Assembly: GCA_946497265.1 (NCBI GenBank)
Contig: CAMMKL010000001.1
Span: 1 to 25,209, forward strand
Source: an uncultured Clostridia bacterium
Lineage (GTDB): Bacteria > Bacillota > Clostridia > Oscillospirales > Acutalibacteraceae
Direction of reading: 5' to 3'
DNA length: 25,209 nt
Position numbers and translations under genes: made by a program. Numbering within the stretch: position 1 is the stretch's first letter; every line of letters begins with the position of its first letter. The notes under the pieces were generated by a model that saw only the letters and a list, made by a program, of their open reading frames with translations, was not told the DNA's origin and made no database searches. Shown here one piece after another: positions 1 to 8,693 of the stretch.

Positions 1-1
1 A

Positions 2-832
2 GCCGTATCCGCGCAAGTGCGCGCGCAGGTGGCGCAGGAAGTGAAGGCACTGAAAGAAAAAGGGGTTACCCCAGGCCTTGCGGTGGTGATCGTGGGGGAC
101 GACCCAGCCTCCCGCGTTTATGTCAACAACAAAAAGAAGGCCTGCGCCGAAGTGGGGATTTATTCCGAGGAATACGCCCTGCCGGCGGAAACCACACAGG
201 AAGAGCTTTTGGGGCTGGTACATAAGCTGAACGGGAAAACGGATATCAACGGCATCCTGGTGCAATTGCCCTTACCGAAGCATCTGGATGAAAGCGCCGT
301 AATCACCGCGATCAATCCGCTTAAAGATGTAGACGCCTTCCACGTGAGCAACGTGGGGCGCATCATGCTGGGCGATTATCATTTTCTTCCCTGCACACCA
401 GCCGGCGTCATGGAGCTTCTCCATTCGGCAAACATTGAGGTATGCGGCAAGACCTGCGTCGTGGTGGGCCGCAGCAACATTGTAGGCAAGCCGATGGCGA
501 TGCTTTTGCTGCACGAAAACGGCACGGTGACCATTTGCCACAGCCGCACGAAAAACCTTTCGGAAATCTGCCGCGGGGCGGATATCCTGGTGGCGGCCGT
601 GGGCAAGCCGAGATTTATTACCGCGGATATGGTAAAGCCGGGCGCTGTGGTTATTGATGTGGGTATGGACCGGGACGAAAACGGCAAGCTGTGCGGCGAC
701 GTGGATTTTGCGGCCGTGGAGCCGATTGCCTCTTATATTACCCCCGTACCGGGCGGCGTGGGGCCGATGACCATTTCCATGCTGATGAAGAATACCCTGA
801 TGGCGGCCAAGCTGCAAAGCCGTACGGAATAA
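2..832 (+). CDS. folD: Bifunctional methylenetetrahydrofolate dehydrogenase/cyclohydrolase (5'-truncated by window edge)
   Basis: Frame is open from base 2 ([10 protein letters not shown]...). Motifs [54 protein letters not shown]. Confidence 0.97.
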   Translation, partial: AVSAQVRAQVAQEVKALKEKGVTPGLAVVIVGDDPASRVYVNNKKKACAEVGIYSEEYALPAETTQEELLGLVHKLNGKTDINGILVQLPLPKHLDESAVITAINPLKDVDAFHVSNVGRIMLGDYHFLPCTPAGVMELLHSANIEVCGKTCVVVGRSNIVGKPMAMLLLHENGTVTICHSRTKNLSEICRGADILVAAVGKPRFITADMVKPGAVVIDVGMDRDENGKLCGDVDFAAVEPIASYITPVPGGVGPMTISMLMKNTLMAAKLQSRTE

Positions 833-840
833 AAATCACC

Positions 841-880
841 GGAGGCGGTTGGGAGCCAATGCTCTGCCGCCTCTGCTTTT
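841..880 (+). terminator. Intrinsic terminator after folD
   Basis: Outer stem GAGGCGG/CCGCCTC with inner GAGC-CAAT-GCTC, followed by GCTTTT, 9 nt after the folD stop. Confidence 0.7.
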
Positions 881-1180
881 ACAGGTAACGGTTTTTCAAA
901 ATGCAGAAACATGTGAACAGCAGCAGTAAAATGAATTTCCGGACACGGGAAATCAATCTAATTACTTTGTTGTATGATAAACAGGTATGAATTCCAGGTT
1001 CTCTTAGAATGCAGATTATATAAAGGAACAAAAAGGCGGTTTGGGCATGGCCCAAGTTCTCAGTTTAGGTCTATGCCGGCGACGGCGCGTCGAACGGACA
1101 AGCCGTTTGCTTACTTTCCAGAAATGCCATGAAAAGGGCGGTTCGTTGGGGCTGAGCCGACGGAGAGAAGGGGGAAAACG

Positions 1181-2050
1181 ATGATACATATTCGGAAGAC
1201 GTGGGCGGGCGTCACACAGCTTGTCTGTTTGGGCATAGCAATCTTGCTCTGTTTGGCGGGCAACGCCATCTACCGTACCTTTGAAATAAAGCTCAGATAC
1301 CTTTTGCTACAGTGGACGGGAAATACGCAGGCGGGCGATATGCTTTTACCAATCGTAGGGATATTCCTCTTGTCTTCGGCCTTGCTTTGTACGCTATATA
1401 AGGCGCTTTATCCCCGGGACAACCCGTTCGCCTGGGTTACCCGCAAGCCATCCCGGCTGTTTTGGCCGCTCCTGCTGTCTGCCGGACTTGCCTTTCAGCC
1501 CATATATTCCCTGTTTATCGCCCTTTCATCGTATGTTATGCAATCTACGTTATGGTTTTGGTGCTTTCAAGTATTGGGCGCCGTCTTACACATAGCGGTT
1601 TATTCTGTGGCGGTACTGTTGGTTTGCCGGGCGGCTTGTTTTGGCGGTATTCCGAAAATGCCCCAAATCCGGTCGTTGTTTGCCCGCAGAAAGTGCAAAG
1701 TGCTCGCGCTGTGCGGGGGCCTTCTGATCCTGCTGGGGCAAGTAGTGGACTGGCTGATTTCTCTTTCCCTGTTATCTTTCCCGGAACATGCAGAGGACTC
1801 CCTGTTGGGCGTATTGGATGTACTCGCTATCAGCGAACGTTGGTCGAATGTTTCACGCACGGTTCAAGAGGTAGGGTTTTATGCGGGTACTTTTTTGCTG
1901 CTTGTTGCCTTTTATCTTGCGGCGCACGATCGGCTGGAAATGCCGGAGTTCCGGCGGACGGGCGGTTTTCAGGAAGAATCCCCCTTCGATAACGGTGAAG
2001 ACGGATGGGACGGGGAAATGGATAAGGAGTCGCAGGAAACCATTCATTGA
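1181..2050 (+). CDS. Hypothetical multi-pass membrane protein (about 6-7 hydrophobic segments, acidic C-terminal tail)
   Basis: 289-aa ORF with purine-rich RBS (GAGAAGGGGG) before ATG. Alternating hydrophobic stretches; no family recognised. Confidence 0.75.
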   Translation: MIHIRKTWAGVTQLVCLGIAILLCLAGNAIYRTFEIKLRYLLLQWTGNTQAGDMLLPIVGIFLLSSALLCTLYKALYPRDNPFAWVTRKPSRLFWPLLLSAGLAFQPIYSLFIALSSYVMQSTLWFWCFQVLGAVLHIAVYSVAVLLVCRAACFGGIPKMPQIRSLFARRKCKVLALCGGLLILLGQVVDWLISLSLLSFPEHAEDSLLGVLDVLAISERWSNVSRTVQEVGFYAGTFLLLVAFYLAAHDRLEMPEFRRTGGFQEESPFDNGEDGWDGEMDKESQETIH

Positions 2051-2088
2051 AATGTGTGTAGGATGTGAAAGCGGGAGATAAAGCCAAT

Positions 2089-3009
2089 ATGAGAAGCGAA
2101 CAGGAAATGTATGACCTGATTTTAGAAGTGGCGCGCCGGGACGAGCGGATACGGGCGGTGTACCAGAATGGCTCGCGTGTCAATCCCAATGCGCCGCGTG
2201 ATATTTTCCAGGATTACGACATAGTATATGTGGTGAAGGAGACCGCTTCTTTCCGCCGGCAGGAACGTTGGCTTGATGTTTTTGGAAAGCGGCTTTATAT
2301 GCAGAAACCGGAAGAAATGGATGCGATGCTGGGGAAGGAAGCCGACTTGGAACACTGCTATGGCTATTTGATGCAATTCTCCGACGGCAACCGGCTGGAT
2401 CTGCATTTGCAGACGCTTTGTTATAGCCGCAGGGAAATCGTCAAGGACAAGCTGTGCCGGACTCTGTTGGATAAAGATGGGGCCCTGCCCGCAATCCCGG
2501 ATGTTACCGACCGGGATTATTGGGTGAAAAAACCCGGCCAGGCGCAGTTTTCCTGTTGCTGCAATGAATTTTGGTGGCTAATGAACAATGTGGCTAAGGG
2601 GCTGTGGCGAAAGGAAATCCCTTACGTTATAGACATGCTGGAGCGTTACGTCCGCCCACAGCTGGTTGCCATGCTTTCCTGGTACATTGGTATTCAAACC
2701 GGCTTTTCCTGTAGTGTGGGGAAAAGCGGGAAATATCTGCAGCGTCTTCTTCCACCGGAATGTTGGGAGCGCTTTGTACAGACCTATTCCGCCGCCGTCA
2801 TCCCGCAAATTTGGCGGGCGGTTTTTGCCATGTGCGATTTGTTTGAGGAAACCGCCCTTCTGGTTGCGAACGCCCTTTCGCTTTGCTACAACCAAGAAGA
2901 GGGGAGCAACAGCCGCTTTTTTCTGGAGAATGCCTACTGCTTGCCTCAAAACGCTGAGGATGTCATTCAAACGCCTTTCCCATCAAAAGGAGATAAAAAT
3001 AGGATATAA
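2089..3009 (+). CDS. Aminoglycoside 6-adenylyltransferase family protein (ANT(6)/AadK-like)
   Basis: N-terminus MRSEQEMYDLIL...DERIRAV..NGSRVNPNAPRDIFQDYDIVY (nucleotidyltransferase GS...DxD), YLMQFSDGNRLDL, CCNEFWW, SVGKSGKYL. Start placed at ATG 2089 after GGGAGA, not at 2065. Confidence 0.88.
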   Translation: MRSEQEMYDLILEVARRDERIRAVYQNGSRVNPNAPRDIFQDYDIVYVVKETASFRRQERWLDVFGKRLYMQKPEEMDAMLGKEADLEHCYGYLMQFSDGNRLDLHLQTLCYSRREIVKDKLCRTLLDKDGALPAIPDVTDRDYWVKKPGQAQFSCCCNEFWWLMNNVAKGLWRKEIPYVIDMLERYVRPQLVAMLSWYIGIQTGFSCSVGKSGKYLQRLLPPECWERFVQTYSAAVIPQIWRAVFAMCDLFEETALLVANALSLCYNQEEGSNSRFFLENAYCLPQNAEDVIQTPFPSKGDKNRI

Positions 3010-3060
3010 AGAAATGATCCCGTCCAACCGAAAAGTTGGACGGGATCATTTCTTTCTTTA
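3008..3060. terminator. Bidirectional intrinsic terminator between convergent genes
   Basis: Perfect 21-bp inverted repeat AAAGAAATGATCCCGTCCAAC (3008-3028) / GTTGGACGGGATCATTTCTTT (3035-3055) with a 6-nt loop. Confidence 0.85.
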
Positions 3061-3143
3061 TTTGTCAGCTATTCGGTTTACGGTGAAAAACGTTTTCACA
3101 GACGGTACCTTTAGGAGCCTTTATTATACAAGGAGGCGATGCC

Positions 3144-3791
3144 CTAATGGGATGATCCCAGATCTTTTTTCTGATAGATGTTTAGTGAGATATGATAGGA
3201 AAGAGACAGAAAAAAGAGCAGCACACAAGCGATCAAGAGGGCGGTCAGCAGGGGAGAGGCCATAAAAATACGAAGCATAGCCGTTTGTTCTAGGCCCCAA
3301 AGGAGCAAGCCTTCCAAACCGGCTACCACCAAAATGCACAGGATCATAACGGCCCGGCCCTTTTCTGCGCCGAAACGGTAGATGCACGGCAGCATGAGAG
3401 CCGTCATCAGGAGCATAGCGGAGGTAAAGACGCCCAGATGAAGCATAAGCTGTACAATGTTCGGGTTGCCATGAACCAGTTGGGAAACAAAGGACAATAG
3501 AAAACCCAGTACCACCGTAAGGGCTGTTAACAGTAGTGCTACCAAATATTTTGCGCGTACCATCGCCCTGCGGGTAACGGCCAGCGAAAGGGCGTACTGA
3601 TCCCATTTAGCTGCCTCGTCGTATCCAAAGGTTCCCATTACGAAGGAAATCCCCAGAACAGATAACACGCCGAGCAAAAACGAGGACAGATTGCTGAACA
3701 TGCCGATGATGGCATATAAGATTATTAGCATCAGATAAAATTTGATGTTGTGTTTCAGTACAATATAATCCTTCACGACCAATCCGTTCAT
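3144..3791 (-). CDS. ABC-2 type transporter permease (YtrA-operon type)
   Basis: MNGLVVKD..., YDEAAKWDQYALSLAVTRRAMVRAKY, LPCIYRFGAEKGR; about six TM segments; overlaps the ATPase stop by 4 bp. Confidence 0.88.
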   Translation of the reverse strand: MNGLVVKDYIVLKHNIKFYLMLIILYAIIGMFSNLSSFLLGVLSVLGISFVMGTFGYDEAAKWDQYALSLAVTRRAMVRAKYLVALLLTALTVVLGFLLSFVSQLVHGNPNIVQLMLHLGVFTSAMLLMTALMLPCIYRFGAEKGRAVMILCILVVAGLEGLLLWGLEQTAMLRIFMASPLLTALLIACVLLFFLSLSYHISLNIYQKKDLGSSH

Positions 3792-4648
3792 TTTACTTCA
3801 CCCCTTATATAAAACAACATGATCTCCTCAATGTTTGCAGGGTCTACGACAGCATCCGGGTGCCGCCGGGTAAAGGCATACCGGTCATTGAGTAAGGCTT
3901 CGTACCCAAACTGGCTTTTGCGGTATCGAAGGATTTCGGAAGCTCTTAATTTCTGAAAATCCAATGCGGAACACTTTAAAACGCCCATTTTGCCCGCGAG
4001 TTCGTCTTTGGGGCGGGAAAATACGAGGTTTCCTTTGTGAATGAAAGCGATATAATCCGCTATTTTATCCAGATCGCTTGTGATATGGGAGGAAATCAGG
4101 ATGGAATGCGCTTCATCTTGAATAAAATCCAAGAAAATATCTAGAATTTCTTCCCGTACAATGGGATCCAGGCCGCTGGTAGCTTCATCCAAAATCAACA
4201 ATCTGGGCCGGTGCGCCAGGGCTGCGGCGATGTTCAGCTTCATAGTCATACCTTTGGAGAATTGTTTGATCTGTTTGTTTTGCGGAAGGTCAAATTTTTT
4301 CAGATAACCCCGGTATAAAGCGCCGTCCCAATTTTTATAGATCCTTTTTAGGATGGATTCTATATCGCCCGCTGTCAAGCAGGAATGGAACCCGCTGTTG
4401 TCGAACACCACGCCGATTTGTTCCTTAATAGCCTGTTCGTCCTTTTTGTGATCGAGCCCCAGTACCGAGATGCTGCCGCCGTCGATGGCAATCAGGTTGA
4501 GGATCGCCTTGATGGTAGTGGTCTTACCGGCCCCGTTTTCGCCTACAAACCCGAGGATACACCCCATCGGCAGGGAAAAGGTTACGCGGTTTAACTGGAA
4601 GTCGGCATATTGTTTGCATAAGCCTTCAATGTGTAGTGCTTCTGTCAT
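3788..4648 (-). CDS. ABC transporter ATP-binding protein
   Basis: Walker A GENGAGKTT, signature FSKGM, Walker B LLILDE, H-loop SSH. Confidence 0.95.
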   Translation of the reverse strand: MTEALHIEGLCKQYADFQLNRVTFSLPMGCILGFVGENGAGKTTTIKAILNLIAIDGGSISVLGLDHKKDEQAIKEQIGVVFDNSGFHSCLTAGDIESILKRIYKNWDGALYRGYLKKFDLPQNKQIKQFSKGMTMKLNIAAALAHRPRLLILDEATSGLDPIVREEILDIFLDFIQDEAHSILISSHITSDLDKIADYIAFIHKGNLVFSRPKDELAGKMGVLKCSALDFQKLRASEILRYRKSQFGYEALLNDRYAFTRRHPDAVVDPANIEEIMLFYIRGEVK

Positions 4649-4650
4649 GG

Positions 4651-5025
4651 TTATTCTCCTTTATACAGAACAGAGAGGATTTCAGCAAGCTCTTCGCAGG
4701 GGATGCCGCTGCTTTTGGCGAGATCCACTGCTTTTTGCAGATACTCCTCGGCCTGGCGCAGGGTCTCTTCACGAAAGAATTCCGAGTTTTTGCGCGCGAC
4801 AAAACTGCCTTTGCCCGCCACGGTTTCGATAAAACCTTCCTGTTCCAGGTCGGCATACGCCCGCTTCGTGGTAATCACGCTGATGCGCAGCTCTTTTGCC
4901 AGCAGGCGCATGCTGGGCAGGGCGCTGCCTTCCGGCAAAGCTCCGCTGATGATCAAACCTTTCATTTGAGAGGTTATCTGCTCATAAATCGGTTTGTCGC
5001 TGGAATTGCTGATGATAATATCCAT
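4651..5025 (-). CDS. GntR family transcriptional regulator, YtrA subfamily
   Basis: 124 aa; PIYEQI...LPSMRLLAKELRISVITTKRAYADLEQEG...GKGSFV; short C-terminal helices; heads an ABC operon; RBS AAGGAG. Confidence 0.93.
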   Translation of the reverse strand: MDIIISNSSDKPIYEQITSQMKGLIISGALPEGSALPSMRLLAKELRISVITTKRAYADLEQEGFIETVAGKGSFVARKNSEFFREETLRQAEEYLQKAVDLAKSSGIPCEELAEILSVLYKGE

Positions 5026-5040
5026 GGATAGGCTCCTTTG

Positions 5041-5095
5041 ATATACTGTATATATACGGTATACACAGTATATCCTGAAAACGATATCTTGTCAA
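5041..5095 (-). promoter_or_regulatory. Sigma-A promoter and palindromic operator of the GntR-ABC operon
   Basis: Minus strand TTGACA (5095-5090), 17 nt, TATACT (5072-5067). Inverted repeat ATATACTGT (5041-5049) / ACAGTATAT (5065-5073) overlaps the -10 and start region. Confidence 0.8.
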
Positions 5096-5367
5096 GCGTT
5101 AAATGCTGCTTTTTTCTGGAAACGGTACCGATTGCCGGCCGCCAGGGTGGTATACGTTTTGTTGTATTGATCTTGCCGTCGCCTCATGTCATTTAGCCAT
5201 GCAGTTAAATGCGATGGTTTAGGTATATGAACCAATCATGAATAAAAGTTGAAATATTTTCTTTTTTCTTAAATTTCAAATGATTTTCATAAAACCATCA
5301 CATTTCCTTCCTATACTAAAATCATTCCAAATAGCTTACAAGAACTTCTTCTTCTTTTTCTCTCTCC

Positions 5368-5403
5368 AAAGCCGTCTCGCAAAGAGGCGGCTTTTCTCTT
5401 TTG
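5368..5403 (+). terminator. Plus-strand terminator-like hairpin with no annotated gene upstream
   Basis: AAAGCCGTCTC-GCAAA-GAGGCGGCTTT followed by TCTCTTTT. Confidence 0.5.
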
Positions 5404-5422
5404 CGATTGACGTTGATAACTT

Positions 5423-5469
5423 AAAAAAGAAAGCCGGGGCTTTGCATCAGCGAGTGCCACGGCTTTCTT
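5423..5469 (-). terminator. Intrinsic terminator after gapN
   Basis: Arms AAGAAAGCCG (5427-5436) / CGGCTTTCTT (5460-5469), with a T-run on the minus strand, just past the gapN stop. Confidence 0.7.
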
Positions 5470-5474
5470 ACTAT

Positions 5475-6923
5475 TTAGTTTTCCGCCAGATTGATGGTAA
5501 CCGCCTTGGGACGTGTCATGGATTCTATGGAATAGCGTACGCCCTGAGTCCCCATTCCCGAACTTTTAACCCCCAGAAAAGGGAAGTTATCCGGCCCGCG
5601 TTCCGGCTTATTGTTGATTTGAACGGTACCGACTTCCAAATGCCCGGCGATGTGAAACGCCCGGTTGAGGTTGTTTGTGAATACGGAGGATTGCAGTCCA
5701 TATTCCGAGCGGTTGGCGATTTCCACCGCTTCTTCAACACAGGCAACCCGGATAATGGGAAGCACAGGTCCAAACGGTTCTACCCAAGCCAGTTCCATAT
5801 CGGTCGTTACCCGGTCGAGAAGGGTAGGGTAAAGCAGGTTGCCCTCCCGCCGGTTTCCGGTAATGGGAACCGCGCCCTGCTGAATCGCAGCGTGTATCAG
5901 CCCTTCGACAAAGTCGGCGGATTTTTTGCTGATTAAGGGTGTGATGGTTACCCCTTCGCCGCGCGGATCACCAACTTTGAGCCTTTCAATGCGCGCTTTG
6001 AGCTTTTCAATCAGGAGGTCGGCAACGCTGTCTTGTACCAATATCCGTTTAACAGCGGTGCACCGCTGCCCTGAATAGGAATAGGCGCCGTCAACAATAT
6101 TGTCGGCGGCAAAATCCAAATCTGCGTCTTCCAGTACGATAGCGGCGTCCTTCCCGCCAAGCTCCAAAATCATCGGCTTCATACTCGTCAGAAGGGAGAT
6201 ATGTTCCCCGACTTCGGTGCTTCCCGTAAAATTGATAAAATCAACGGAATCATGCGTCACGATGTAGTCGCCGATTACACTGCCAAGCCCTGTTACGGTG
6301 TTGAGCACCCCCTTTGGGATCCCCGCCTCTTCTAGGGCTTTTACCATGTTCAAGGCACTGATCGCCCCTTGCGTGGCCGGTTTTAATAGAACCGTATTGC
6401 CACCCATCAAAGCAGGGCCAATTTTGGAAACCGCCTGGTTAACAGGGTAGTGAAACGGCGAAAACGCCAGCACGGTCCCCATAGGTACCCGTGTGACGCA
6501 GCTCATTTAGCTGCGCGAGCCGCCGGGGAAGCTGTCTCCGAAGATGGCTTCGCCGTGCAGGCTTTTCCCTACGTCTGCAGTATAGCGCAGCAAATCGGCA
6601 GAGCGTTTGACCTCGGATACGGCCGATTTTTTGTCCTTGGCAATCTCCATGACAAGGCAGTCGGAGAGGGCTTCCACCCGGCTTTCCAGGATATCGGCGG
6701 CACGGTATAGGATTTCCGCCTTTTTGTAGACGGGATACCGTTCCCAAGATTTTTGGCTCTTTTTGGCGGCCTGTGCCGCCTGATCAAATTCTGTTTGCGA
6801 CATAGAGGAAATCGAGCCGAGGAGCGAGCCGTCCACCGGAGAAATAACAGGAATGGGATCGTTTTCCTTTGCCGTAACCCATTCACCATTTACCAAATTG
6901 CCATAAACGGGTTGTTTGTTCAA
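5475..6923 (-). pseudogene. gapN: NADP-dependent non-phosphorylating glyceraldehyde-3-phosphate dehydrogenase (ALDH family) interrupted by an in-frame TAA at 6509-6507
   Basis: Two ORFs in the same frame abut: ...GDSFPGGSRS*MSCVTRVP.... ALDH motifs SPFHYPVN, LKPATQG, FTGST, ELGGKD, YSGQRCTAVK (catalytic Cys), EPFGP. TTG start at 6923 after GAGGTG; joined length 482 codons. Confidence 0.85.
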
Positions 6924-7106
6924 TGTGGACCACCTCATTCATAAATCAGGTTACATTAAGTATGTGCCAATTTTTGAAGAGTATGAAAGATTGGGGAGAA
7001 AAGGATAAAGAAGATGAAATCGGTTTGCTGATAAAGATTTAGAAGAAGTTATATAAAAAGCCGGAGCCTCACCATTGAGCTCAGATGTTACGGGAAAAAC
7101 ACCAGA

Positions 7107-7147
7107 AAGGCAGCGCCTAGATACGATTGGCGCTGCCTTCTTTTATT
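7107..7147. terminator. Intrinsic terminator, probably closing the PadR operon; T-tail is stronger on the plus strand
   Basis: 11-bp arms AAGGCAGCGCC (7107-7117) / GGCGCTGCCTT (7129-7139), then CTTTTATT. Confidence 0.65.
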
Positions 7148-7207
7148 AAAATGAAAGATACTCCACCGAAGACGACAACAGGCGGCCGTGGTGCATGGCC
7201 TTGCCTC

Positions 7208-8302
7208 TTATCGATTCCTGATGGGAGCGCCGTAGCGGAGCGTCTTGTATACAGTCACGCCAATCTCGACCAGAGTAAACAGAACAATAAAGGCAAGGAG
7301 TCCGTTGGATACCATGTCTGCATTCCAGAGCGAAAGGAATTTTTCTGCCGGGTTTGCTTCATCCCCCAGCGCAAGCTGGATTTCAGCAACAAAATTCGGA
7401 TTCCAGATGGGCATTGCCTTCAAAACAACTGCACTTAGTGCAATTTGAATCGCACCACACACAATATTGCTAATCATGACCAATTTGCAGTAGCAGCCTA
7501 CCACCAGCTTCAAAATCTCATCTGCAAGGCCCACCAGCAGGCTGAGCGCAAATACCGGGAGAATGCTTCCCCATTGATCCAGATTGAAAACAGGCACCGT
7601 TTTGACGGTTTCGTTTTCCGAAAAAACAGCCGCAAAGAAATGAGGAGCAAAAATAAGCAGTACACAGAAAATTACGATAAATACAATTCCTACAATACTA
7701 TCTCCCCGGCTGATCAGCGCCTTTTTGTCCGGTACAGGTTCCAAAAAGCTGGGCATCCATCTGGATTCTGCTGTTTTCTTTTGCTCCGCCAGTTTTTCCA
7801 CCGACCATTTTTCTGATCGTTTCCTCTCAATCTTTACTTTTTGATGTTCCATAATGGCAAAGATCAATGTCACGGCGCCGAAAGCGGAAATGCAGGAAAT
7901 CAGCACATCGGAAATCCCTATGGTCAGGCCGTCAACAATCGCACGGATGATGACGGGAACAGCGTTTTGAGAAGTAATAACGGAAGCTTGACCGAAGGCA
8001 TTGACGAGGGAAATCACCAAAATCGGGGCTGCGGTACAGATCAAAATGACCTTAATAAACCACAGGTAAGTATCAAAGTATTCGGGCCCAATCAGATATT
8101 GCTGGCCACTCTGATACTGTCCGGCAAATTTTGCGGGATCTCCAAGCTGTGTCAGTACCTCTTCCATGGAGCCTTTGTCCGCATACATATCGCTGATGAG
8201 TTCCTCCAGTTCCATCCGCACTTCATTCCTCTGCGCCTTGGACAGCCGGCGGATCACCTGATAAATATATCGCTCCATTAAACCTTTTTCATTTGGCGTC
8301 AT
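7208..8302 (-). CDS. PadR-associated membrane protein with N-terminal HAAS-like helical domain
   Basis: ATG 8302 overlaps the PadR stop (ATGA). N-terminus ERYIYQVIRRLSKAQRNEVRMELEELISDM...EEVLTQLGDPAKFAGQY, YLIGPEYF, then about six TM segments. Confidence 0.82.
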   Translation of the reverse strand: MTPNEKGLMERYIYQVIRRLSKAQRNEVRMELEELISDMYADKGSMEEVLTQLGDPAKFAGQYQSGQQYLIGPEYFDTYLWFIKVILICTAAPILVISLVNAFGQASVITSQNAVPVIIRAIVDGLTIGISDVLISCISAFGAVTLIFAIMEHQKVKIERKRSEKWSVEKLAEQKKTAESRWMPSFLEPVPDKKALISRGDSIVGIVFIVIFCVLLIFAPHFFAAVFSENETVKTVPVFNLDQWGSILPVFALSLLVGLADEILKLVVGCYCKLVMISNIVCGAIQIALSAVVLKAMPIWNPNFVAEIQLALGDEANPAEKFLSLWNADMVSNGLLAFIVLFTLVEIGVTVYKTLRYGAPIRNR

Positions 8303-8643
8303 GCTTCTTCCTCCCTTAACAAACGCTCCATTCCCACTGATAAATTTTCCCAATAGGTTTTGAGCCGTTTATAGATTTCTGTTCCATACTCAGTTCGCTG
8401 ATAATATTTTCTTGGCTTTGCGCCGCCGGTTTCCCATTTACTATCCAAAAGCCCCTGGTTCTCCAGTCTGCGAAGCAGCGGATACAAGGTATTGGGGTCA
8501 ATGGCAACCCCCTTTTCTTCCAGGCTTTGTACCAAAGCATATCCGTATTTAGGCTCTTTCATCTGGCTGAGCACGCTGATTGTCAGCGTCCCCCGGCGCA
8601 GTTCCAAAAGCAATACGGGCAACAGATCTTTCCCTTCTCCCAC
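8299..8643 (-). CDS. PadR family transcriptional regulator
   Basis: ELRRGTL..VLSQM....YGYAL, NTLYPLLRRLENQGLL, PRKYY. Start placed at GTG 8643, 8 nt after AGGAGG. Confidence 0.92.
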   Translation of the reverse strand: MGEGKDLLPVLLLELRRGTLTISVLSQMKEPKYGYALVQSLEEKGVAIDPNTLYPLLRRLENQGLLDSKWETGGAKPRKYYQRTEYGTEIYKRLKTYWENLSVGMERLLREEEA

Positions 8644-8663
8644 CAGCGTCACCTCCTGATGTT

Positions 8664-8693
8664 ATTATACTGTATGGTATACTGTATTGTCAA
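8664..8693 (-). promoter_or_regulatory. Sigma-A promoter of padR containing a tandem direct repeat
   Basis: Minus strand TTGACA (8693-8688), 18 nt, TATAAT (8669-8664). TATACTGTAT occurs at 8666-8675 and 8678-8687. Confidence 0.75.

Noticed and set aside
890-1180. Riboswitch or sRNA in the gap after folD
   Set aside because: Only short hairpins (e.g. GGCAT...ATGCC) with no recognisable family motif or clear terminator.
5280-5936. 218-aa plus-strand ORF
   Set aside because: Mostly antisense to gapN, low-complexity N-terminus (FFFFFS), no RBS, and it runs through two terminator hairpins.
6507-6509. Selenocysteine or pyrrolysine readthrough of the gapN internal stop
   Set aside because: The codon is TAA, not TGA or TAG, and the aligned residue is expected to be Lys.
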